This document shows, one piece after another, positions 18,004 to 28,070 of a stretch of DNA of 64,000 bases. Source of the stretch: a virus (lineage: Duplodnaviria; Heunggongvirae; Uroviricota; Caudoviricetes); the IMG/VR virus record IMGVR_UViG_3300046804_001058, positions 1-64,000 of that record, one strand, 5' to 3'. Each line of letters begins with the position of its first letter. Positions within the stretch are counted from its first letter, which is position 1. The notes under the pieces were generated by a model that saw only the letters and a list, made by a program, of their open reading frames with translations, was not told the DNA's origin and did not search any database. Both the position numbers and the translations under genes were made by a program.

Positions 18004-19287
18004 ATGGCAAGAAGTATAACATTAATATTAGGAGGTGGTCTATCAAGTGACTTAGGTCCAAACTTTAATCTTACAGCAGACATAGGAAGTGTGACTCCAT
18101 CAACTGGTACTAAGACTGAGTTGTTGGCAGGAAAGATTGTAAGTGTAGATGATGCAGCAACTTTAGTTACTATTACATCTACAGGGCTTTGTACAAACTC
18201 AATAACACAAAGTATTCCGTGTGTATCTACAACCACTACAACAACTACAGCCTATCCTCCTACAAGTGGACAAAGCTATTACAAAGTTGCAGTGAGTAGA
18301 GATGATGTTAATACAAGCAATGATGGAAAGTATGTACTAATAGGAAAAACAGGAACAAATATTTTAAAAATATCAGATAATTACGGAACAGGTTTTAGAA
18401 ATGTCACTATGGCTTTTGCATCTGGTGGAAGTTGTGCAAGTGTAGGTGTTTCTGGAACAGGGCAATACATGTATGTAGTTGAAACTAATACTAGTGCTGG
18501 TAAATGGATATGGAGATCTCAAGATTACGGAGTTACTTGGTTTAAAGTTCCTACATTTACCAGTCCACGTGCGTGGTCTTCAATAAGTGTTTCTAGAACA
18601 GGACAATACGTAATGGCTACAGCAACTAATGTAGATGAAGTTTATCCTGGAAACGATTCAGCTTATTGGTTTCAAACTTCACAGTATTGGTTATCAACAA
18701 CTTATGGTGCAACTTTTACCAGAACAAATAATGCACCTGATGGCAGTAAATATTTTATTTATGGATCTGCAATTAGTTCAAATGGACAAACTCAATTATT
18801 AGTTTCTCCAAACAGTAGCACTGACTTTGATGGAGCAGCATATGTTTCAACAAATAGTGGAGCAACCTTTACTACAAAACTAGTAGATGGTAGTGTTAAC
18901 AATTTTGATTGTGCAATGTCTTCAAACGGAGCAGTTCAAGTTATTGCAAGATCTTATGGATATTTTGATGCACCTGCTTTATTGAATAACACATTATTAG
19001 TAAAAAGTTCTGATAGTGGAGCTACATGGACTACGTTTGGTGTAACTCAAAAGAAATGGACAAATGTTGCTATGGATGGTACAGGAAACAATTTAATTGT
19101 TACAACTTATGATCCTGGTTACATCTACAGATCAACTAATCTTGGAACCGTAACAGCAGTTACTGGGCCAGGAAGTAGAGCTTGGGGTGATGTAGCAATG
19201 TCTTACACAGGATATGCTTATGCAACAGAGCAAACAGGAATTTGGAGATCTATAGACAGTGGAGCTAGCTGGACAAAACTAACTTAA
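18004..19287 (+). CDS. BNR/Asp-box repeat (sialidase-like beta-propeller) protein with shared N-terminal anchor domain
   Basis: At least five S-x-D/N/Y-x-G-x-T-W/F Asp-box motifs: SQDYGVTW, STTYGATF, STNSGATF, SDSGATWT, SIDSGASWT. The N-terminal about 70 aa are homologous to the N-termini of ORFs 19299 and 28071. TTTTTTT linker. Confidence 0.55.
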   Translation: MARSITLILGGGLSSDLGPNFNLTADIGSVTPSTGTKTELLAGKIVSVDDAATLVTITSTGLCTNSITQSIPCVSTTTTTTTAYPPTSGQSYYKVAVSRDDVNTSNDGKYVLIGKTGTNILKISDNYGTGFRNVTMAFASGGSCASVGVSGTGQYMYVVETNTSAGKWIWRSQDYGVTWFKVPTFTSPRAWSSISVSRTGQYVMATATNVDEVYPGNDSAYWFQTSQYWLSTTYGATFTRTNNAPDGSKYFIYGSAISSNGQTQLLVSPNSSTDFDGAAYVSTNSGATFTTKLVDGSVNNFDCAMSSNGAVQVIARSYGYFDAPALLNNTLLVKSSDSGATWTTFGVTQKKWTNVAMDGTGNNLIVTTYDPGYIYRSTNLGTVTAVTGPGSRAWGDVAMSYTGYAYATEQTGIWRSIDSGASWTKLT

Positions 19288-19298
19288 AATAAACCAAT

Positions 19299-19937
19299 AT
19301 GATAGTATTAATAACATTAACAACAGCTGGTTCTGATACAGGACCTTTTAACTTATATTCTAATGTAGATGGGTTTACAAACGTTATTACATCAGGAATT
19401 AGCAAAGCTGCATTATTAAGTGGATATACTGCAACTGTTCCTGATGGAACTACATATGTGCTTTTAAAATCTACAGGTGCATGTAAGAGAGATTTATATC
19501 TAGATGTATCTGGAGCTCCTACCCCTATTACTACAACAACTACTAGTACAACAACAATTATACCTCCACCTCCAACTTCTACGTTAACTTTTGAAAACTA
19601 TGAAGGTGGGTACTTTATATTCACATTAACTAATGCGTTAAGTGTACCTGTAACAATTACTACTGCTAATGTAGATGGTTCACATGTAAACAATTGTGGA
19701 CCATATGAAGAATCTGATGACATAGCTGGCAATCCAATCACTATACCAGCAGGTATGAATTATGGTTCTGGACCAGGTAATTCACCTATGACTTGCTCTG
19801 TTAATAGTTGGAAACGAAGATCTCCAATTGTTGTTTCTGGAGTGGGAGTTCTGACAAATGGTCAAACGGTAAATATAGGTGGTACAATTGTCACAGTTAT
19901 TATAAATGGAGCATGTGAGAACAATTATGCGTGCTAA
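19299..19937 (+). CDS. fibre or adhesin-like protein with shared N-terminal anchor domain
   Basis: N-terminus 'MIVLITLTTAGSDTGPFNLYSNVDGF...GYTATVPDGTTYVLLKSTGACK' parallels ORFs 18004 and 28071. Poly-Thr/Pro linker, then a Cys-containing C-terminal domain. Confidence 0.4.
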   Translation: MIVLITLTTAGSDTGPFNLYSNVDGFTNVITSGISKAALLSGYTATVPDGTTYVLLKSTGACKRDLYLDVSGAPTPITTTTTSTTTIIPPPPTSTLTFENYEGGYFIFTLTNALSVPVTITTANVDGSHVNNCGPYEESDDIAGNPITIPAGMNYGSGPGNSPMTCSVNSWKRRSPIVVSGVGVLTNGQTVNIGGTIVTVIINGACENNYAC

Positions 19938-19947
19938 AAGATAAAAA

Positions 19948-20004
19948 ACTCTGTTTGTTGGTTTACAGAGTATCCCCTGGCCTTTCTAGGCTGGGGGTTT
20001 TTTA
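19948..20004 (+). terminator. tandem-hairpin rho-independent terminator
   Basis: ACTCTGT/ACAGAGT (7-bp perfect stem, 19948-19971), then CCCCTGGCC/GGCTGGGGG (9-bp stem with two G-T wobbles, 19974-19997), then TTTTTTATTT. Confidence 0.6.
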
Positions 20005-20118
20005 TTTGAACTCTAATCAAGTTAGTTAAACTATATAATTAAATTAGTTAATAAAATTTGGTAAATATGAAAAAAGTTTCCTATCTTTACATCAATTTTA
20101 ACCAAACTCAAAACCCAT

Positions 20119-21360
20119 ATGTCTGGAAATCAACCCCTTTTAGAGCAACTTCAGCAAATGTTACATTGGAAAAAATCAAAGAAATATTACGCTGAGAAGC
20201 TAGGAGTGACAGAATTAGAGATTGACGAATTGTTAACAGATATTAGAAAGAGGCATGATGAAGCGGTGGTTGGTAACTATATAGCTGACTTAGAAGACAC
20301 AATAGTCAAGTTTACAGAAGACTTAGTTAAAGGAACTGGAGAGATTGTAGCTAACGTTACAGAAGAAATTAAAAGCTTAGAAGATCTTATTGAGAAGTGT
20401 AAGATTGACACAGATAAATGGGAAATAACTAAATACGTACAAAACTACTGGGGAAATGGAGAAAACCCTCATTGGCAGGTAAAAGCCTGGTTGGGGAAAA
20501 AGTCTACAGAGCAAGTTTTTCAAGATAGCTTTGTAGACTTTTTAGCTTCATATGAGCCTGTAAGTCAAGAAGTTATGAGTCCTAAGTGGGAGGGAAATAA
20601 GTTCCCTGCCATGTTAGTTATTAACAAACAAGACTCTCACTTGAATAAGTTTGATATTGATGGTAACAACAACATAGGACAAAGGTTGGCAGAGCTTGTA
20701 TACAAGTTAGAGTTAATTGCTAACCAAGCAACAATTTCAAATAACTTAGAGCAAATTACATACATCATTGGTTCTGATGAATTCAATAGTGAATTTACAG
20801 GAACCACAACAAAAGGTACTCCTCAAACTAATACTCACACATACCATGATTCTTTCAAGTTTATCTGTGACCATGAGATATTAGTGATTACAATGTTATT
20901 ACAATATGCTACAAATGTAAATGTAGTATATGTAGCTGGTAACCATGATGAGTACGCTGGGTGGCATATGATTACTTGGTTAGAAGCTTTCTTTAGAAAT
21001 ACAGAAAGAGTTAGCTTTGACTGCTCTCCTAAGTATAGAAAGTATGTAAGTTATGGAAATTCAGCATTAATGTTTAACCACGGAGATGCAATAAAGCCTG
21101 CTAAATTAGCAGCATTATTTCCAATGGAATTTAAAAATGGTTGGTCTTTTCACAATAATTTTTATATATTCACAGGAGATAAACACCATGAAGTAAGTCA
21201 AGACTTCAATGGTATCAAGTTTTACCAAATCCCAGCATTTTCAAATGCTAAGAGTCTTTGGGATGATAAGAACGGTCACACAATGTCTAAAGCTGAAGTG
21301 ACAGGATTCTTAATAGAAGAAGCCTCAGGAATGACAAATATATTTAAACAGTATTTATAA
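20119..21360 (+). CDS. calcineurin-like metallophosphoesterase domain protein
   Basis: C-terminal half carries phosphoesterase motifs: QDSH (DxH), GSDEF (GDxxD-like), VYVAGNHDEY (GNHD/E), FNHGD, FTGDKHHEV (GHxH-like). The 413-aa N-terminal region is unknown. Confidence 0.55.
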   Translation: MSGNQPLLEQLQQMLHWKKSKKYYAEKLGVTELEIDELLTDIRKRHDEAVVGNYIADLEDTIVKFTEDLVKGTGEIVANVTEEIKSLEDLIEKCKIDTDKWEITKYVQNYWGNGENPHWQVKAWLGKKSTEQVFQDSFVDFLASYEPVSQEVMSPKWEGNKFPAMLVINKQDSHLNKFDIDGNNNIGQRLAELVYKLELIANQATISNNLEQITYIIGSDEFNSEFTGTTTKGTPQTNTHTYHDSFKFICDHEILVITMLLQYATNVNVVYVAGNHDEYAGWHMITWLEAFFRNTERVSFDCSPKYRKYVSYGNSALMFNHGDAIKPAKLAALFPMEFKNGWSFHNNFYIFTGDKHHEVSQDFNGIKFYQIPAFSNAKSLWDDKNGHTMSKAEVTGFLIEEASGMTNIFKQYL

Positions 21361-22094
21361 TGGCAACATTACGTAAGTTAGTTTCAGATGTGCGTGGAAT
21401 GCATAAGCTTATATCCACGGATAACCTTATTACAGATAGGGTTATTGCATCAGAGATTAGAAACAACACACAGTTATTAGTTAAACGTGAGACAAATCTC
21501 AGAAAGCTTTGGGCTACTGATACTGTCTTTGATACCATCCAATGTTTGGAAATGGTTGAAGTTCCTATTTCTGAATGTTGCAACTACGTAGATCCATGTA
21601 CTGTTTCTAGAAGCAAATACAAACTTCCTAGAATCACAGAAGGAAATTACCAATATTTAATTCAAGGTGTCTACTCCATAAATGCTATGGGTGGACAAGG
21701 AACTAAATTTAAAGAAATTACAATCAATAGATATTTAAATCTATTGAAACTTCCTATTATAAAAAATCAAACTTACTATTGGATAGCAAATGGAGGTTAC
21801 TTATATTTGAGTAATCCAAATTTAAAATCAGTTAGGATATCAGCATTCTTTGAAGAAGATATACCTAATGAGATTGCATATCCAGAGTGTGGTTGTGGTT
21901 CTAGCCCTGAAGTAACCAATGAGGAATATTGTAAGAATCCTTTGGACAAAGAATATGCTTGTCCAGGATACCTTGAAAAACAAGTGTTAGAGCTTACATC
22001 CCAAAAATTATTATCTACATATTTCAATATCAAAACGGATATGACAGATAACGGTGTTGATGGACAAGCTCCTAATGCACAACCAACGCAGTAA
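21360..22094 (+). CDS. hypothetical protein (244 aa)
   Basis: ORF coupled by TAATGG to the upstream gene. Confidence 0.4.
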   Translation: MATLRKLVSDVRGMHKLISTDNLITDRVIASEIRNNTQLLVKRETNLRKLWATDTVFDTIQCLEMVEVPISECCNYVDPCTVSRSKYKLPRITEGNYQYLIQGVYSINAMGGQGTKFKEITINRYLNLLKLPIIKNQTYYWIANGGYLYLSNPNLKSVRISAFFEEDIPNEIAYPECGCGSSPEVTNEEYCKNPLDKEYACPGYLEKQVLELTSQKLLSTYFNIKTDMTDNGVDGQAPNAQPTQ

Positions 22095-22570
22095 TGAGGA
22101 CAAAGATTGATTGGAGAAGCTCCAGTAAAGAAAACTACAATAACTTTTGCAAGAAACATCCCACAATTAAAATTACATTTGATGAGTGGAGAAACATTAT
22201 ATATCAGTATAATGAGAACTTTAAAAGTTACATATTAGAAACTGGTGAGAAAGCTAAGCTCCCTTTTGGGTTTGGTGAGTTCTCTATCAATAAGAAGAAA
22301 AGAAAGAAGGTAAAAGATATCAATGGTAAGGAATACGTTAACTTACCAGTAGACTGGAAGAAGTCTAAAGAAAGAGGGAAAATTATATACAATTTTAATT
22401 ACCACACAGAAGGTTATTTTTTTGGTTGGATATGGTTCAAAGAAACTGCCAGGCTAAGAAATGTAGACTTGTGGTATTTCAAACCTTCTAGAGTTACATC
22501 AAGATTACTCTCACATTATATAAAAACAAACGATACGTATCAACATATCTATCGTGAGTGGAAAAAATAA
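22094..22570 (+). CDS. hypothetical basic protein (158 aa)
   Basis: K/R-rich; TAATG coupling. Confidence 0.4.
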   Translation: MRTKIDWRSSSKENYNNFCKKHPTIKITFDEWRNIIYQYNENFKSYILETGEKAKLPFGFGEFSINKKKRKKVKDINGKEYVNLPVDWKKSKERGKIIYNFNYHTEGYFFGWIWFKETARLRNVDLWYFKPSRVTSRLLSHYIKTNDTYQHIYREWKK

Positions 22571-22573
22571 ATT

Positions 22574-23542
22574 ATGTCATACTATTACAAATACAGATTT
22601 GTATCTCCTGAGCCAGTTTACTCAACTGTCAAAGAGGAGTTAAAAAGCTATTTTGACACAGGAGCTGTGGATGATTTGCTTTTCCCTACTTACTTAGACA
22701 AGTGTCTTAGAAAGTTAGGTAGGACCACTTTGGTTATTAGTGAAGAGATTCTGGAGATTCAAGACTTTGAATGCAGACTTCCTGATAACTTCTATGCTGC
22801 AAGAGAAGCTTGGATGTGTACTGAGGTTCCTGGATATCCATACCAATCAGCTAACTCATTCTATTCTCAAGCTGCATCACAAACAACAATACAAGTAGCC
22901 CCTGTTACAAGTGGTGGTTTACCTTGTACTAATCCTCAATGTACAACAGGATGCCCTAGTTGTATGCCTGAGATTATACAAGCTGTATACAAAACCAATC
23001 AGCAGGTAGCTAGATCTTATAGACATGAATACTTATTAAGACCAGGTAACATTTCTGCTAGACAGAACTGTGAGGTTGAATATAGTAATGCTTGGGAGTT
23101 TTATTCTCCACCTCCAACAGTACATGAATTTACTCCTGGTTCAGCTAGCTATGATAGCTTTGATATCAGAGACAATAAGTTTGTTACTAACTTTAGAAAT
23201 GGTATTGTGCACTTGCTATTTTATGCTACAGAGTATGATGCTATTGGTAATCAGTTAATCCCTGATAACTACCGTGTTAGAGAATTTATAGAAGCGTTTA
23301 TCAAGTACAAAGTATTTGAAACACTATCTAACCAAATCAATGATGAAACTTTCCAGCAGATACAACAGAAACTTGCTTACTACAAGCAGTTAGCTGATGA
23401 AGCATTTATCATGGCAGATATTGAAATCAAAAAACAAACTCCTTGGGAAAAGCAGAGAAGGATTAAGAATGACCTTAACAGGTTCAATATGTACGAATTA
23501 CCAAACAGAAGTTATAGATACGGCTGGAGAAGAAATAATTAA
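22574..23542 (+). CDS. hypothetical Cys-rich protein (322 aa)
   Basis: Contains CTNPQCTTGCPSCMPE; no other motif recognised. Confidence 0.4.
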   Translation: MSYYYKYRFVSPEPVYSTVKEELKSYFDTGAVDDLLFPTYLDKCLRKLGRTTLVISEEILEIQDFECRLPDNFYAAREAWMCTEVPGYPYQSANSFYSQAASQTTIQVAPVTSGGLPCTNPQCTTGCPSCMPEIIQAVYKTNQQVARSYRHEYLLRPGNISARQNCEVEYSNAWEFYSPPPTVHEFTPGSASYDSFDIRDNKFVTNFRNGIVHLLFYATEYDAIGNQLIPDNYRVREFIEAFIKYKVFETLSNQINDETFQQIQQKLAYYKQLADEAFIMADIEIKKQTPWEKQRRIKNDLNRFNMYELPNRSYRYGWRRNN

Positions 23543-23547
23543 TAATC

Positions 23548-26500
23548 ATGGCAGATCAAGAACAAGGAAATATCAGACAGGAGTTTAATCTAGGTAGAAC
23601 TGGATTAAATATGGATTCATCTGTAAACCAGGTTGAGAAAGGTAAGCTTACTTATGCTTTAAATGCTTCTATTGAGAACTTTGATGCTACTGCTGTAAAC
23701 TACCAGAATGAACCAGGTAATGAATTATGTCTAAACTTTCCTGAGAACTTTCATCTTATTGGAACTCATTTCATCCAAGAAAAGAATCAACATATATTCT
23801 TTTTGACAAATCCTGAAACAGGAGCTTCTCAGATTGGATACATGAATAATAATGATTGTGTCTATCACACTTATGTAGAAGGAGCATGTTTAAATTTTAA
23901 CATTAATAACCCTATCCAAAAAGTAGTACATAAGATTTCAAACTGTACTACAGAGATATATTGGACAGATGGTCTTAATCCTAGAAGATATTTAGACCTT
24001 GAAAACATTCCTTATATTACAACTTTTACAGATGATGTTATCTGTGATCCTGTAGTTATACCAGTACTTGACTGTAATAAATTAAAGATACAGCCTAACT
24101 TCAGCATTCCAAACTTAACTATTAATAGTATTATTAATGGTGGAGAATTAAAAGCTGGTACGTATCAGTTTGCTATTCAATACTGTAGTGCTCAAGGAGA
24201 TGCTTACACATCTTATTACTCTGTAACAAATCCCACTCCTATTGCTAATCCTCAACTTACCACAACTAATTTTGATTATGTTGTAGGTAAGTCTATTGTA
24301 ATTGATATAAGCAATATTGATCTAACAGGATACTTTGAGTATTATAACTTAGCTGTTATTAAGACTATCAATGATATTACATCTGTACAATTAGTTGGTA
24401 CATATTTTATTGACAGTGCTACAAAACAAATAACTTACACAGGACAAAATCAAACAGCAATTAGTTTATCAACTGCTGATATATTTGAGAAGTTTCCATA
24501 CTACGATATTGCACAAGACTTAACTGCTGTACAAGATGTTCTTGTATGGGACCAGCTTACATCTATTGATAAGATTAACTATCAGCAAATTGCTAATAAG
24601 ATTGATCTTCAATGGCAAACATATAAGATTCCTGCTGGAGAGAACTATGCAGATGAGTTGAATGCTACAAACTTAAGAGGATACCTTAGAGATGAGGTGT
24701 ATGCCTTTGAGATTGTATTCTTATTAAAGAACGGTAAACAGACAGATGGTTTCCACATTCCTGGTAGAGAAGCTACAGCTGATGACTTAGTTACAGTAAA
24801 TAAGTCCAGCAATGATGACTACATTGGTGAAGGTACATCTGCTCCTTATTGGAAAATATACAACACAGCATCTGTAATAGGAACTGCTGTAGGACCTAAT
24901 ATTGGAAACGCTACACCTTATCAATATGGTGAGTTTGCGTATTGGGAATCTGGAGAAGAATATCCTTGTAACACACTTGTTTGGGGAAGTCTTGCTGGTA
25001 CACCTATTAGACATCACAAGTTTCCAGATGTATTAGTTAGCCCTATATTTGAATCACAAACTCCAAACTATTCTAATCCAGAGTTACAAACAGCTAATGC
25101 TTTATATCCTATTGGTGTTAAAATAAGTACACAACAGGTAGCATCGTTGATTAATAATTCTAATTTAACAGCTGAACAAAAAGCTGATATAGTTGCATAT
25201 AAGATTGTTAGAGGTGATAGATCTACTAATAAGTCTATTGTAGCAAAAGGTATGTTAAGAAACGTTGGTACATACAATAGAGAAGGTACTGACTACTATT
25301 ATCCTAACTACCCTTATAATGACATTAAGACTGACCCATTCTTACTTGCACAGAACAATGCATATAACTCTCAGTGTCAAACATTTAAGGTAGTTGTTAC
25401 CACTGCTGGTACATTACAATATACTGACTGTTATTCAGGTGAGGTGGTTGCTATTGATATGCCTTTGAGCATGACTACTATATGTTCTGTTACAGTTCCT
25501 CTTGTAATCAAAGGAGCTGCTACATTTACAAATGTCACTGCAATTGCTTATACATTAACTGCATATGGTTCATCTACAGCATTTACATACACTGATCCAG
25601 TTTCATTAGTAAGTGTTAATACAACTGTTACACCAAATACACCCCTTACAGTAAGCTCTACAACCGTACCTGCGTACGTGAGTGGATCTAATAAATATAC
25701 AATACTAGAGGCAACTAATAATAAAAATACAAATTGCTATCCAGTTAACTTAAATGGATTTGGTGACAGTTCTAAATATAGAATGGTTTTTAACTCACCA
25801 GAAACTTCCTTTGGACAACCTTATCTAGGTAATATTCTTAAACTAGAAAGTGCTGTATTTGGAGGAGGTAAAGCACACTTTGTACAAGTTAAAAAGCACG
25901 CATTATACAAACTTGTTAGTAAGCAAGCTCAAGTAGATGCTCTTAACTCTAGTTATAATATTGCTAAGATTACAGGTACACTAGATGCAACAGCAATGTT
26001 TACTGCATACCAAGCATATCTACAAATATACATTAATGGTATCAGTAAGAGAAACTTTGCTTATTCATTTAACTCTGTTGCTCAATATGATTATAATGCA
26101 AATATTGATAATGGATTAGGTGTTAAACAAAGAGAACTTTCTTTGTATCAATACCTTATCCCTGGTGTACAATCAGTAGGAGATATTCATAATGTAAATA
26201 ACTATCAAAGAGAATCTTCTGTTTATTTAAAAACACCAGATACTATAAGTGCATTACCGTTTGCTGAAAAAACTCCATCATTAGTAGTTGCTGGAAACAG
26301 TTTAATTACTGATGATTCAAGATTCACAATCTCACAAAAGAATAACTGCGGTGCTCCAGAAATGCAAGAACCAATTAAAGTGGTTTCTTACTATGGATCT
26401 ATAAAAAATATAAACATCAACCAATGGGGACAGATGTATTCTTACAATACAATTGATACAGGTTTCCAGAAAAAGCTGACAGATGTAGCAGGAGTTGAAA

Positions 26501-28041
26501 CTGTATTTGGTGGAGATACATTCATTGGTAGATTTGCATATAAGACTAAGCTTCCATTCTTTATTGATAATAGAGTGGGTGCTCCTGATGATAGTGATAT
26601 ATTCTATGATGAATTAGGTAATGTGGCATACCCACAATACTGGTATTCTTCTAGATCAATATTAAGCAATTACATGGCTGGTCCAACTTTGATGAAAAAC
26701 ATTATATCAGTTAAAGCTCACTACTTTGATTGTCCTAATGATTACACAGCTCTTCAAAATACAACTACCACTACATCTACTACACCTGCTCCAGGAAGTA
26801 CAACAATGAGTGATTCAACTTACTCATATGATGGTAAGATGTATTTATTTGCTTATGGTATTCCTTATTACTATGTGGAGAGTTCTATAAATGTGGACTT
26901 ACGTCAGGCATTTAATAACTTAGAAGGTGACTTCTACCCACACGTGAGCTCAGGTATCCCTGATAACTGGTTACAACAATCTGTTGTTCCTATTCAGTTT
27001 GATAACACTTACACTTATAATGTAACTTACTCAAAGCAAAACAAAGAGAATTACTTCTCACATCTACCTGTAGATTGGGATGATAATCAATGTTATACCA
27101 ACTTCCCATTCAGAGCAATCTATTCTGAGGCACAAGCTGATAATCCAAGTGTTAGAGTAAATAGCTGGTTAAACTATGCTCCTATATCATATTTTGATTT
27201 CCCTCAAAACTATGGTAACTTAGTATCTCTTGATGGTATTCAGAACAAAGCTATCCTTGCTCGCTTTGAGAATAAGTCATTGTTATACAATACATTGTTA
27301 ACAATGAACACAAGTAATCCTCAAGCTGCTTATTTAGGCAATCCTTCATTATTTAGATCTGCTCCTCCAATTGACTTTGCAGAAACAGATCTTGGATATG
27401 TAGGAAGTCAGAATAAGTTCTTATTAAAGATTCCTAACGGTCAAATAACAATTGATGCTAAGAGAGGACAAGTGTTTCTTATTGGTGGAATAGGTGGTCA
27501 AATACAAGATTTATCTGCATTTGGTTCAGGACTTAACAAGTTTTTTACAGACCATTTAGCATTTGAAATCTTACGTTACTATCCTAATGCTGATACAGAT
27601 AATCACTTCAATGCTTGTGGTTTACATGGTGTATATGATAGTAAGTATGATAGAATTATTATTTCTAAACTTGACTATATTCCTCAACCACAATATGTTG
27701 GTGTTATTCAATATGATGCTACAACTGGTGAGTATTATATAAACAAAGCTTATGGTCAGCTTACATTAAGAAAGGTTGTTGATTTAACAGATAGAGAATA
27801 TTTCTGCAATAAGTCTTGGACTTTATCATATAGTGTAAACACTCAAAGCTGGGTGAGTTTCCATAGCTACATTCCTAACTTCTACATAGCTGAGAATAAC
27901 TTCTTCTATAGTGGATTGAATGAAGGATGTGACTTACATGCAATAGCTATTCAAGAAATTCCTACTCCAACTACAAGTAGTACTACTACAGCAGTTCCTT
28001 TGGATTGTACATTGGATGGTACAGCAGTTTATGTTTCTTAA
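23548..28041 (+). CDS. large virion/tail structural protein (1497 aa)
   Basis: First of a run of six very large ORFs. Thr-rich linkers (TTTTTSTTPAPGSTT; PTPTTSSTTTAVP). Position after the fibre genes. Confidence 0.45.
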   Translation: MADQEQGNIRQEFNLGRTGLNMDSSVNQVEKGKLTYALNASIENFDATAVNYQNEPGNELCLNFPENFHLIGTHFIQEKNQHIFFLTNPETGASQIGYMNNNDCVYHTYVEGACLNFNINNPIQKVVHKISNCTTEIYWTDGLNPRRYLDLENIPYITTFTDDVICDPVVIPVLDCNKLKIQPNFSIPNLTINSIINGGELKAGTYQFAIQYCSAQGDAYTSYYSVTNPTPIANPQLTTTNFDYVVGKSIVIDISNIDLTGYFEYYNLAVIKTINDITSVQLVGTYFIDSATKQITYTGQNQTAISLSTADIFEKFPYYDIAQDLTAVQDVLVWDQLTSIDKINYQQIANKIDLQWQTYKIPAGENYADELNATNLRGYLRDEVYAFEIVFLLKNGKQTDGFHIPGREATADDLVTVNKSSNDDYIGEGTSAPYWKIYNTASVIGTAVGPNIGNATPYQYGEFAYWESGEEYPCNTLVWGSLAGTPIRHHKFPDVLVSPIFESQTPNYSNPELQTANALYPIGVKISTQQVASLINNSNLTAEQKADIVAYKIVRGDRSTNKSIVAKGMLRNVGTYNREGTDYYYPNYPYNDIKTDPFLLAQNNAYNSQCQTFKVVVTTAGTLQYTDCYSGEVVAIDMPLSMTTICSVTVPLVIKGAATFTNVTAIAYTLTAYGSSTAFTYTDPVSLVSVNTTVTPNTPLTVSSTTVPAYVSGSNKYTILEATNNKNTNCYPVNLNGFGDSSKYRMVFNSPETSFGQPYLGNILKLESAVFGGGKAHFVQVKKHALYKLVSKQAQVDALNSSYNIAKITGTLDATAMFTAYQAYLQIYINGISKRNFAYSFNSVAQYDYNANIDNGLGVKQRELSLYQYLIPGVQSVGDIHNVNNYQRESSVYLKTPDTISALPFAEKTPSLVVAGNSLITDDSRFTISQKNNCGAPEMQEPIKVVSYYGSIKNININQWGQMYSYNTIDTGFQKKLTDVAGVETVFGGDTFIGRFAYKTKLPFFIDNRVGAPDDSDIFYDELGNVAYPQYWYSSRSILSNYMAGPTLMKNIISVKAHYFDCPNDYTALQNTTTTTSTTPAPGSTTMSDSTYSYDGKMYLFAYGIPYYYVESSINVDLRQAFNNLEGDFYPHVSSGIPDNWLQQSVVPIQFDNTYTYNVTYSKQNKENYFSHLPVDWDDNQCYTNFPFRAIYSEAQADNPSVRVNSWLNYAPISYFDFPQNYGNLVSLDGIQNKAILARFENKSLLYNTLLTMNTSNPQAAYLGNPSLFRSAPPIDFAETDLGYVGSQNKFLLKIPNGQITIDAKRGQVFLIGGIGGQIQDLSAFGSGLNKFFTDHLAFEILRYYPNADTDNHFNACGLHGVYDSKYDRIIISKLDYIPQPQYVGVIQYDATTGEYYINKAYGQLTLRKVVDLTDREYFCNKSWTLSYSVNTQSWVSFHSYIPNFYIAENNFFYSGLNEGCDLHAIAIQEIPTPTTSSTTTAVPLDCTLDGTAVYVS

Positions 28042-28070
28042 TACAATAGAATATTATAAATTTAATATAG

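Noticed and set aside
23397-23588. 63-aa ORF spanning the junction of genes 22574 and 23548
   Set aside because: Off-frame overlap of two tightly coupled, longer genes.
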